IMG/VR virus record: IMGVR_UViG_3300045119_000430 | Location: 1 to 60,619 of that record | Length of the DNA stretch: 60,619 nucleotides | Direction: 5' to 3' (one strand) | From: a virus | Taxonomy: Duplodnaviria > Caudoviricetes | In this document: positions 8,985 through 17,234 of the stretch, in pieces | How the letters are laid out: each line of letters opens with the position of its first letter | Numbering within the stretch: the stretch's first letter is position 1 | Notes under the pieces: generated by a model | Told to the model about the DNA's origin: nothing | Seen by the model: only the letters and a program-made list of their open reading frames with translations | Databases searched by the model: none | Made by a program: the position numbers and the translations under genes

Positions 8985-9701
8985 ATGACGCCAGCCAAGC
9001 CGCGCAATTTGTGCCCGTGCGGAGCACGGTCGCGGTCTGCCCGGTCAAAGCGTTGCGCTCCGTGCCAGAGGCAGCATCGCAAGACGAAGCAACGTGTCTA
9101 CACGCAGAACCTCCGTGCCGCGTTCGTGGCATCTGGTCTCTGCTCCCAATGCGGGGCGCAGTGCGTGGAGGGTCGCAAGCGCTGCCAACGCTGCCTGGAT
9201 TACATGGCCAACTGGATCGCCGCGAGGTCCGAGCGGCGCATCGCCGCTGGCCTTTGCGGAATCTGCGGACTTGCTCCGCTGGTCCCGGGCCTCAGCGAGT
9301 GCGAAGCGTGCCGCGTGCGAATCAGGGCCGCAGTCGATCGGATCAGGAAAGGGAGGCTCTCACTCGGGCTCTGCGCCGCCTGCGCGAATGCGCCGGTGGC
9401 GGAAGGACGCAAGCAGTGCGCGGCTTGCCTTCGTCGAGAGGGCGTCCGCGATCGGCAGCGATCGAGGCGCCCGGAGCCATCACCGAAGACCGCCCCCGCG
9501 GAGTCTCTGCGCGAGGCCGCAGATCGATACTGCATGGCGCCTGCTCGGATGCTAACGCGCCTGCTTCGCGCGGGACTGGCCACCGACTCGAAGAGCGTCC
9601 GGCAGACGCGCTTCCCCTTCACCGAGGTTGATCGTGCGGTCGCGGCATTCGTCCCGAAGAAATGCGGCCGCCCGAAGACGGCGTGGAAGGAGTTCGCATG
9701 A
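8985..9701 (+). CDS. Cys-rich repeat (Zn-finger) protein
   Basis: RBS GGAGG; three GLCxxC...CxxC repeats. Confidence 0.65.
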   Translation: MTPAKPRNLCPCGARSRSARSKRCAPCQRQHRKTKQRVYTQNLRAAFVASGLCSQCGAQCVEGRKRCQRCLDYMANWIAARSERRIAAGLCGICGLAPLVPGLSECEACRVRIRAAVDRIRKGRLSLGLCAACANAPVAEGRKQCAACLRREGVRDRQRSRRPEPSPKTAPAESLREAADRYCMAPARMLTRLLRAGLATDSKSVRQTRFPFTEVDRAVAAFVPKKCGRPKTAWKEFA

Positions 9702-10351
9702 TCGCCGCCGCCCGCCACCTCCGCCTCGTCACCGACGACGACCTACCGCCGGCGATCCCGCTGCGGCCGGGGCAACAGCTGCTCGCGTTCGCCCTCAGGA
9801 TCGCGCCCCGCCAGCCCGGTCACCAGTGCCGATTCCCGCGGCCCAAGGCCCGGCAGCCCCGGCAATTCGACCTCCCGCTCACCGGCCCCCTTCGCCGCAC
9901 CCGTCGCTGGGTGCGCCCCAAGTCGATAGGCAACGACGCTCTTACCAAGTCGGAGCGAGCCAGCCTCGACGCCGACGCCCCCCGCCTGGCTGTCTTCTAC
10001 GAGACCCGACCCACTCTCCTGGGCGACTGCCTCCGACAGGGCTACCTGGTGGTGAGCCACGGGCCCTGCCTCCCCTGCCCCTGGGCCAGCTGCCGCCACC
10101 ACCTCCAGATCGAGGTCAAGGAGGCGACCGGCAACATGCTCAGGCCCACGATCAAGGAGAACTTCCCGGGCCGGGACTTCGACGAGCTTGAGGAGACGTG
10201 CTCCTTCCGCGGTCCCCTGCGCGGCGACGACGCCTCCCAGGAGCGGGTCGGGGAGCTGCTCAACATCACCATGCAGCGGGTCGACCAGATCGAGAAGGGC
10301 GGGTGCGCCAAGGCGAAGTGGCGGCGTGGTCCGCGGGGGTTCCGGTCCTGA
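9698..10351 (+). CDS. sigma-70 region-4-like HTH protein with Cys/His metal site; candidate late transcription regulator
   Basis: PCPWASCRHHL..ETCS..QERVGELLNITMQRVDQIE; directly upstream of terS; paralogue at 53734. Confidence 0.7.
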   Translation: MIAAARHLRLVTDDDLPPAIPLRPGQQLLAFALRIAPRQPGHQCRFPRPKARQPRQFDLPLTGPLRRTRRWVRPKSIGNDALTKSERASLDADAPRLAVFYETRPTLLGDCLRQGYLVVSHGPCLPCPWASCRHHLQIEVKEATGNMLRPTIKENFPGRDFDELEETCSFRGPLRGDDASQERVGELLNITMQRVDQIEKGGCAKAKWRRGPRGFRS

Positions 10352-10360
10352 GGCGCGGCG

Positions 10361-10402
10361 GGATATCCGATCTTTGAGGGGCCCGCTTTCGCGGCGGACA
10401 GT
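10361..10402 (+). promoter_or_regulatory. late promoter TTGAGG-N17-GACAGT with upstream GGATATCC palindrome (terS)
   Basis: -10 element ends 6 nt before GTG 10409. Confidence 0.65.
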
Positions 10403-10408
10403 GGATCT

Positions 10409-11008
10409 GTGCCGCAGAAGCTGACCCCACGCCAGGCGCGGTTCGTCGAGGAGTACCTCATCGACCTCAACGCCACCAAGGCCGCGGAGCGTGCGGGGTT
10501 CAGCGCCAAGACGGTCCACGTTCAGGGTCCGAGGTTGTTAGCAAATGTTAGGGTTGCCGAGGCCATCGCGGCGGCCAAGGAGAAGCGTCTAGCCCGGGTC
10601 GAGATCACCCAAGACAGGGTGCTCCGCGAGCTCGCCGCCCTGGCGTTCTCGAACCTGACTCACTTCGAGGTCGATGACTTCGGCAAGATCACGCTAGCGC
10701 CTGATGCCCCGACAAACGCCCATGCCGCCGTGTCGTCCATCAAGCACCGCATCACGAGAGACGAGGATGGCAACACGACCCGGGAAGTCGAGATCAAGCT
10801 CTGGGACAAGCCGAGCATGGTGAAGATCGCAGGCCGCCACACGAACACCCCCGGATTCTGGGACCGCATGGAGGTGTCGGGACCGGACGGCAAGCCGATC
10901 GAGATCCAGGAGCAGCGCGCAGCGGTCAACTCGAAGATGGAGGCCCTCTTCCGGGTGGCGGCGGCCAAGCGCGCAGAGATCGAGCCAGGGCCGAAGCCAG
11001 GGGAATAG
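10409..11008 (+). CDS. terS: terminase small subunit
   Basis: LTPRQARFVEEYLIDLNATKAAERAGFS..EIKLWDK. Confidence 0.93.
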   Translation: MPQKLTPRQARFVEEYLIDLNATKAAERAGFSAKTVHVQGPRLLANVRVAEAIAAAKEKRLARVEITQDRVLRELAALAFSNLTHFEVDDFGKITLAPDAPTNAHAAVSSIKHRITRDEDGNTTREVEIKLWDKPSMVKIAGRHTNTPGFWDRMEVSGPDGKPIEIQEQRAAVNSKMEALFRVAAAKRAEIEPGPKPGE

Positions 11009-11011
11009 CCG

Positions 11012-12388
11012 GTGGGCGTCCCTGCGGGGATAGAATTCCTGGCTCAGTTCGAATCCCTGGAGGCGTTCGACGCGCAGTTTGACACGGCCGATGAGGCAGC
11101 CGCCGCGCGCCGAGAGATCGCGGACGCCTGGCGCTGGGTCGCCCGCCCCGAGCAGCTCGAGCCCGCGAACGACAACCGAAGCCAGTGGCTTACATGGCTG
11201 ATCCTCGCCGGCCGAGGCTGGGGAAAGAGCCGCGTAGGCGCCGAGACGATCCTAAATTGGATCATCACGGGCCAATGCCGGCGGGTGGCCCTCGTCGCCC
11301 CGACATCGGCCGACGCTCGCGATGTCATGGTCGAGGGCGAGTCCGGGATCCTGGCTTGCTCGGAGCGCGCGCAGTTCCCGGGCCGGTACGAGCCGTCTAA
11401 GCGTCGGATCACGTGGCCGAACGGCGCGATCGCCACCCTGTACTCGGCCCAAGAGCCGGATCGTCTCCGCGGCCCCCAGCATGATGGGGCGTGGGCGGAC
11501 GAACTAGCCGCCTGGCACAACCCGCAGGCCGTCTGGGATCAGCTTCAATTTGGGCTGCGCCTAGGTCTTCACCCGCGGACTATCGTCACCACGACGCCCC
11601 GACCGCTGCCCATCATCAAGGCGCTGATCAAGGATCCTTCGGTCGCCATCACGAAGGGATCGACCTTCGACAATGCGCCCAACCTGGCAGCGTCGTTCCT
11701 GCGCGCCATCCGCAACGCCTACGAAGGTACACGCCTCGGCCGCCAAGAACTGAACGCCGAGATCCTGGACGACAACCCCGGCGCCCTCTGGCGGCAGGCG
11801 ATGATAGACGCCCTGCGCGTTCAGACAGCGCCGATGGAGATGCAGCGGATAGCCATCGCCATCGATCCTGCCGTCACCGCCAACGAGGACAGCGATCTCA
11901 CCGGCATGGTGTCGGGCGGCCGCGCGCCGTGCCGCATGCTACCGGCCTGCAAGGGGGAGGTTCACGCCTTCGTCTTCGACGATGAGTCGGGCATCTATAC
12001 CCCGTCCGAGTGGGCCAAGAAGGCCTGCACGACCTACCATGCCCGCCGAGCCGACCGGGTGATCGGCGAGGTTAACAACGGCGGTGACCTCGTGGAGGCC
12101 AATCTCCGCGCCAACGGAGACGCCACGGTCAGCTACCGGGCCGTCCACGCCTCCCGGGGAAAGATCATTCGAGCCGAGCCGATCGCCGCCCTCTACGAAC
12201 AGGGGAAGGTCCACCACGTCGGAACCCACGGCAAGCTCGAGGACGAGATGACCCAGTGGGACCCGCTCGCGGGGATGAGGAGTCCCAGCCGCATGGACGC
12301 CCTGGTCTGGCTGCTGACCGACCTGATGCTCGGGGAGGCCCGCGTCGGCGGCGCGCCCCGCGTACCGGGTGCTGGGCGCCGTATTTGA
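11012..12388 (+). CDS. terL: terminase large subunit
   Basis: Walker A AGRGWGKS, RGPQHDGAWADE, TTTP, nuclease IAIDPA..RMDALVW. Confidence 0.96.
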   Translation: MGVPAGIEFLAQFESLEAFDAQFDTADEAAAARREIADAWRWVARPEQLEPANDNRSQWLTWLILAGRGWGKSRVGAETILNWIITGQCRRVALVAPTSADARDVMVEGESGILACSERAQFPGRYEPSKRRITWPNGAIATLYSAQEPDRLRGPQHDGAWADELAAWHNPQAVWDQLQFGLRLGLHPRTIVTTTPRPLPIIKALIKDPSVAITKGSTFDNAPNLAASFLRAIRNAYEGTRLGRQELNAEILDDNPGALWRQAMIDALRVQTAPMEMQRIAIAIDPAVTANEDSDLTGMVSGGRAPCRMLPACKGEVHAFVFDDESGIYTPSEWAKKACTTYHARRADRVIGEVNNGGDLVEANLRANGDATVSYRAVHASRGKIIRAEPIAALYEQGKVHHVGTHGKLEDEMTQWDPLAGMRSPSRMDALVWLLTDLMLGEARVGGAPRVPGAGRRI

Positions 12389-12413
12389 GGGTAGGCGGGA
12401 TATCCCCCACGCT
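12385..12413 (+). promoter_or_regulatory. late promoter TTGAGG-N17-CACGCT with GGGATATCCC in the spacer (portal)
   Basis: 6 nt before in-frame GTG 12420. Confidence 0.65.
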
Positions 12414-12419
12414 CGCTCC

Positions 12420-14642
12420 GTGACCCCAGGAATGAAGGCGCGGGCGGCGACTCTTCGAACGCAGCTGCGCCAACTCCCAACGCAGAGCCTGATCGACCCC
12501 GACGACATCGGCGACATTATCGGGATCATGCGGCATCTCCGTCAGGGGACGCTGCGAGACGCCGCGCTTCTCTGCGACGCCATCGAGGGCGACGACCGCA
12601 TCAAGGCCGTGCAGGAGACGCGGGTAGGAAGTCTTCGGGCGACGTCGTTGAACGTGAAGCCGGCCGCCGACCGGTCATTGCTCGATTTGACCGATGGCGA
12701 AGAGCCGAAGCCCGACGCCGAACGGACGAAGCTCACGCAGCAACTGGCCCAGCAACTCGGCGGGGTCGACGACGTGCCGGGCGAGTGGGACCGCATCTTT
12801 CCTCCTGGCGTGATCGGCGACCTGTGTCGATGGGGGACTCTGCTGGGCATCGGCGTTGCCGAACAGATCTACCCGCAGTCCAAGCCGCCGTGGATACCTC
12901 GTCTGAAGATCTGGCACCCGCAGTTCATTCGTTGGGACTGGGCGCGCGACTGCTACCGCATCTTGACGGCGGATGGCGAGATCGATCTCCCTCGTCTCGA
13001 CGAGAACCCAAACGGCGACGGCCGCTGGCTGATGTGGTGCCCCTACGGCTACCGCGAGGGATTCAAGCGGGGGCTGATCCGCGCGATGGGCAAGCTCTAC
13101 GTGATGCGCCAGTGGGACGAGCGGGATTGGGCTCGCTGGAACGAGACCAAGGGACTCGGGATCGTCAAGGCGATCATGCCGATGACCGAGAACGAGGAGG
13201 TCGACCAGCAGTTCCTCAACGACATTTCGAATCGCGGCTCAGAGGCGGTGATCGCCGTCCGCAAGGGCGAAGAAGGCAACCAGTACGACATCGAGAACGT
13301 GTCCGACTCGGCCGGCGGCGAGGGATGGAAGTCGTTCCAGGAGTTCAAGCGGGCGCTCGACGTGGACATCGCAGTCCTCTGGCTCGGCCAGAACCTCACG
13401 ACCGAGAGCCCGTCGAACGGGTCGAGCTCCAAGTCGCTCGGCGAGGTCCAGCGCGCGACGAGCCTGGATCGCCTCAAGGTTGACGCTGGGATTGCGACCG
13501 CCGCCTACGACCAGGTGATCGTGCCGATGACGACCATGAACTACGGCGATCCGACGCTGGCCCCGCTGCCCGTCTACGTCACCGAGCCGCCGAAGGATCA
13601 ACTCGCCGAGGCGACGGCCATGAAGATGACCGGCGACGGCGTCACGGCTCTGAAAGGCGCTGGAATCCCGGTCGACGAGCGGGCGATCGGCGAAGACTTC
13701 GGCGTGCCGATGAAGACCGAAGAGCAAGCCGCCGCCGAGAAGGCCATCGCCGACGAGGAAGCCGCCGCGAAGATGCAGGCCCAGCGCGACCTCATGGGCC
13801 AGCAAAACGACACCCCGCCGAGCGCCGAGCAAGACCGGGCCAACCCGTCGGGCAAGGCAGCCCTGCGCGCAACGACGCCCGCGGCCTACCCACGCCGCAC
13901 CTTCGCTGGCCTTCCGGTCGCGATCGAGCACGCCGCCGGCACCACGCGAATCTGGCGCGACGCCGGCCCGAACGGTCAGACGATCGGCTCCACGAAGATG
14001 CTCCACGACTACGGGTTCATCGAGGGCCACATGGGGGCCGACGGCGAGGAGCTCGACGTCTACCTCGGGCCCGACGAGAACGCACCGAACGTCCACGTCA
14101 TCCACCAGAACAAGGCGCCCGACTACAAGTCCTACGACGAGGACAAGACGATGCTCGGCTTCGCCGGCGCCGACGAGGCCAAGGCCGCTTACATGGCTCA
14201 CCGGAACGACGGCGACCGGGCTATCCGCGGCATGTCGTCGATGCCTCTCGACCGCTTCAAGGCCAAGCTGAAGCGACGCACAGGGACCGGTCCGGTACGC
14301 GCCTCGGCGGTCGACGTGGACCGCACTACCGCAGCCCTGGTGGCCCTGGCGAGCAAGGCGGCGGTGAAGCCGCGCAAGGGGAAGGCATGCGACGCCGACC
14401 GCCTCACGGCCAACGCAACCCGCCTGGCGTCACGAGCGCTGGCGCCATACGTGACGGGCGTGCGCGGCCTGCTCGATGGCTTGGCGGACCACCCCGACCC
14501 GTTCGGTGAACTGAAAAAGCGCTTGGTCACCCACTACCGCAAGGCCGACCCGTCTCGGCTCGCAACGGTGGTGGAGCGCACGCGGGTGATGGCGCACATG
14601 GCCGGGCGGGCCGATGTCCACGCGGAGCACAGGTCGGCGTGA
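12420..14642 (+). CDS. Mu gp29-like (DUF935) portal protein with inserted inorganic-pyrophosphatase-like domain
   Basis: Follows terL; WLGQNLTTE..LGEVQ motif; insert DYGFIEG..GADGEELDVYLGP..YDEDKTMLGF at ~13902-14275. Confidence 0.85.
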   Translation: MTPGMKARAATLRTQLRQLPTQSLIDPDDIGDIIGIMRHLRQGTLRDAALLCDAIEGDDRIKAVQETRVGSLRATSLNVKPAADRSLLDLTDGEEPKPDAERTKLTQQLAQQLGGVDDVPGEWDRIFPPGVIGDLCRWGTLLGIGVAEQIYPQSKPPWIPRLKIWHPQFIRWDWARDCYRILTADGEIDLPRLDENPNGDGRWLMWCPYGYREGFKRGLIRAMGKLYVMRQWDERDWARWNETKGLGIVKAIMPMTENEEVDQQFLNDISNRGSEAVIAVRKGEEGNQYDIENVSDSAGGEGWKSFQEFKRALDVDIAVLWLGQNLTTESPSNGSSSKSLGEVQRATSLDRLKVDAGIATAAYDQVIVPMTTMNYGDPTLAPLPVYVTEPPKDQLAEATAMKMTGDGVTALKGAGIPVDERAIGEDFGVPMKTEEQAAAEKAIADEEAAAKMQAQRDLMGQQNDTPPSAEQDRANPSGKAALRATTPAAYPRRTFAGLPVAIEHAAGTTRIWRDAGPNGQTIGSTKMLHDYGFIEGHMGADGEELDVYLGPDENAPNVHVIHQNKAPDYKSYDEDKTMLGFAGADEAKAAYMAHRNDGDRAIRGMSSMPLDRFKAKLKRRTGTGPVRASAVDVDRTTAALVALASKAAVKPRKGKACDADRLTANATRLASRALAPYVTGVRGLLDGLADHPDPFGELKKRLVTHYRKADPSRLATVVERTRVMAHMAGRADVHAEHRSA

Positions 14643-14821
14643 CGATGCCCAAGAAGGGCGCTCCGAAGAGGCAGCTGACGGCCTACGTGCGAGCGGAACT
14701 GAAAGTCGGCTTGGCCGAGAGGGCCGCGCGGGAAGACCGCCCCGTGCGCGAATTGCTCGAGGAGGCCATCGATCGATTCCTGGCGCCGTCAGCCGAAGAG
14801 CCGGCGCCGAAGCGCGCGTAA
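14639..14821 (+). CDS. ribbon-helix-helix DNA-binding protein
   Basis: RQLTAYV strand plus ELKVGLAERAAREDRPVRELLEEAIDRFL helices. Confidence 0.7.
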   Translation: MTMPKKGAPKRQLTAYVRAELKVGLAERAAREDRPVRELLEEAIDRFLAPSAEEPAPKRA

Positions 14822-14990
14822 CATCGCCCGCACGCTGTCGCGAGGCGGACCCTCATCGATCTCGGCGGATATCCGGTTCTCGGCGCGCTTGGCGGTCATT
14901 TCATCGGCCAGGTCGTCACGGCCAAGCGACCGCCGCAGAAGGGCAGCGCGGTCTTGCTCGCGAATCGGATCGGTCGGCAAGTCGGCGAGC

Positions 14991-15308
14991 CTACCCCGGA
15001 CCAAGGGCGCGGAAAAGCACCGCTTCAGCGAAGGCCTCAGCCGCCGACCGCGGCGCGCCCCTGGCCATGGTCTCGGCGATGATGGCCCGGCGGATATCCG
15101 AGGTCTTCGCGGCCACGCCGGCCTGAAAGCCGAGGAGCCAATCGTCGACCGCCGACGGCTCGGCCCGGCCGGCGCTTACGTCGAGGAGGGCGGGATCGGT
15201 TGCGGTCTCTGGCGTCGACTCGCCGGCGATCTCGCGTTCGGGGACTACCCCGGGATCGTAGAGCGTCGGGGAGTCGTCGTCGAAGAATTCGCCATCGTCG
15301 TCCCCCAT
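14991..15308 (-). CDS. acidic hypothetical protein (reverse-strand cassette)
   Basis: RBS GGAG; 105-aa ORF. Confidence 0.5.
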   Translation of the reverse strand: MGDDDGEFFDDDSPTLYDPGVVPEREIAGESTPETATDPALLDVSAGRAEPSAVDDWLLGFQAGVAAKTSDIRRAIIAETMARGAPRSAAEAFAEAVLFRALGPG

Positions 15309-15330
15309 CTCCCACCCGGCCTGAGCCTTG

Positions 15331-15798
15331 TCAGCAGGGCTCGGCGCGCGGCGGCTCGCGGACGGTCACGCCGTTGAGCGACAGCCAGGCCCTGTACTCG
15401 CCAAGGCGCCAGTAGACCGGGGATCGGTCGGCCTGCAGGGAGTGCTTCGCGAGCCATTCCTTGCCGCGAGCGATCTTGACCGCGGCGAGCGGGTCAACCT
15501 GGGCTCCGGTGGCCTGCTTCTGCAAATCGGCGATCACCTGGGCGACCGCCGAATCGATCACGCCCGTGCAGAGACCCAAGCGCACGGCCAGATCTTCGAG
15601 GTCAGAAACGTAGGCATCGGGCGAGGCCTGGTCACCCAGCGCCGAGCTGACGAGGGCCAGGAGGTCGGGCGTGACTGTCGGCGCGCACTTCGTCACCGTG
15701 CTGGCCGCGGTGGCGCAGGACGACACGTAGGCGCCGAAAGACAGCAGGCAGACGGCGATGGAAACGGCGGCGATGAGGCGGGACAGGCTGACGCGCAT
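15331..15798 (-). CDS. putative lipoprotein/secreted protein
   Basis: RBS AGGAG; hydrophobic signal ending VSSC. Confidence 0.6.
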   Translation of the reverse strand: MRVSLSRLIAAVSIAVCLLSFGAYVSSCATAASTVTKCAPTVTPDLLALVSSALGDQASPDAYVSDLEDLAVRLGLCTGVIDSAVAQVIADLQKQATGAQVDPLAAVKIARGKEWLAKHSLQADRSPVYWRLGEYRAWLSLNGVTVREPPRAEPC

Positions 15799-15828
15799 GG
15801 GCGGTGCTCCTGGTTGGTTGGTGGCCCG

Positions 15829-15905
15829 AGCGTGAACCCGCAGTGCGGCGGGCTCAAAGATTTGGCGGGGCGAGAATTTGAGGGCCGAAACAGGACGCGG
15901 AGAGT
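15829..15905. promoter_or_regulatory. divergent promoter pair: minus-strand TTGAGC-N17-CACGCT (15857-15829) and plus-strand TTGAGG-N16-GAGAGT (15878-15905)
   Basis: Both match the recurring late-promoter motif and face divergent ORFs. Confidence 0.6.
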
Positions 15906-15954
15906 GGTCTCACTTCAGCCGCCTCGCGCGGCGTCCATCCAACAGGAGATCATC

Positions 15955-16446
15955 ATGGCGCGTCTGTACTCTCTCAATGCCGGCGGCCTCACGCTGGCCA
16001 ACCAGGCCGTCACGCTGGCCTTCCTGAACCCGGCGGCGGGCCCCTCCCCGCAGATCAGAATCAAGCGCGTCACCGTCGGCCAGTCCGGCTCGACGACCAG
16101 CGCGATGCAGCGGATCCAGCTGGTCACCCAGGTGACTGCGTTCCCGACGCTGACGTCGTCGACCCCCAAGACGATCACCCTCGGCGACCCGGCCTCGGCG
16201 ATCACCGGCGGCACCGCGGGCGCGGCCGGGACCTCGGGCGTGAACGCCTCGGCGGAAGGCGGCGGCACCAAGACCGTCCGCAAGGAGTCGACCTTCAACG
16301 TGCTCAACGGCTACGAGTGGATCGCCACCCCGGAAGACTTCATCAACCTCCAGGCGGGCAGCACGGCGGGCTTCGGCGTGTTTCTGCCGGTCGCCGCTTC
16401 CTCGCTGAGCAACTGGCAAGTCGAAGTCGTCTTCTCGGAGGACTAA
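15955..16446 (+). CDS. putative virion structural protein (beta-rich)
   Basis: RBS CAGGAG; Thr/Ala/Gly-rich; in morphogenesis region. Confidence 0.55.
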   Translation: MARLYSLNAGGLTLANQAVTLAFLNPAAGPSPQIRIKRVTVGQSGSTTSAMQRIQLVTQVTAFPTLTSSTPKTITLGDPASAITGGTAGAAGTSGVNASAEGGGTKTVRKESTFNVLNGYEWIATPEDFINLQAGSTAGFGVFLPVAASSLSNWQVEVVFSED

Positions 16447-16451
16447 CCGCC

Positions 16452-16724
16452 ATGCGCACCAAGTTTCGAGTCGATTTCACCTTCAACGGCGGGCAAAACA
16501 TCGTGCTCGCCCCGATCAAGGAGATCGCGGCCAAGACGGCATACGTCCCTGACATCAGGGCCGACGCGATCCTGTCGCCAGAGGTCCCCGCACCCGAGGA
16601 TAACGTCGCTTTCTTCGGTGCCTCGCCAGGCGGAGAGATCCGGTTGCTCATGGTGAGACCCGAGAACGCGAAGGAGTTCACCGAGGGGCGCGAGTTCTTC
16701 GTCGACTTCACGCCCGCTAGCTAG
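16452..16724 (+). CDS. conserved small phage hypothetical protein
   Basis: MRTKFRV..NVAFFGASPGGEI..EFFVDFTPA. Confidence 0.6.
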   Translation: MRTKFRVDFTFNGGQNIVLAPIKEIAAKTAYVPDIRADAILSPEVPAPEDNVAFFGASPGGEIRLLMVRPENAKEFTEGREFFVDFTPAS

Positions 16725-16733
16725 GAGCGCCCT

Positions 16734-17231
16734 TTGGCGCTCGTCGGTCCACCGGGGCTGCGGCCCCTCGTGATCACGCGCGTCGCCGAGATCAACGACG
16801 TTCTGCCGTTCTGGTTTCGCAACCCGGACGCGCGCGATTACGATCGCCTGCTCGCGCAGGACTATTTCCTGGTCACCGAGACCCCGCCGAACATCGGAGC
16901 CAGGATCCCGCGCCTCTACGATCTCGCGTTCGTCCTGAGCAACCTGCCGAACGCCGTCAACCAGCAGACGGAGATCGCGCTCGCGATCGCAAATGCACGG
17001 GCGTTGGCGAGGACAGCCGACCTGCAGGCTCAGCGAGACCTCCTGGCGGCGCTCTTCGCGCAGCTCGTGACCAGTTCAGTGATCGTCGACTGGATCAGCG
17101 TCACGCATCCCACGTTCGGGCGAGCCCCGATCCTGGAGTTGCGTGCTGGGAACGTCGCGGGCGTCGCCGCGGTCGTGCCGACGGCTGTGCCCCCGGTTCG
17201 CGGCGCCCAGGCGGGGAGCCAGGGGGCCTGA
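16734..17231 (+). CDS. hypothetical protein
   Basis: RBS AGGAG, TTG start. Confidence 0.55.
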   Translation: MALVGPPGLRPLVITRVAEINDVLPFWFRNPDARDYDRLLAQDYFLVTETPPNIGARIPRLYDLAFVLSNLPNAVNQQTEIALAIANARALARTADLQAQRDLLAALFAQLVTSSVIVDWISVTHPTFGRAPILELRAGNVAGVAAVVPTAVPPVRGAQAGSQGA

Positions 17232-17234
17232 TCC

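Noticed and set aside
12369-12419. Longest-ORF start for the portal at 12369
   Set aside because: Overlaps terL and the promoter; GTG 12420 fits the recurring 6-nt leaderless spacing
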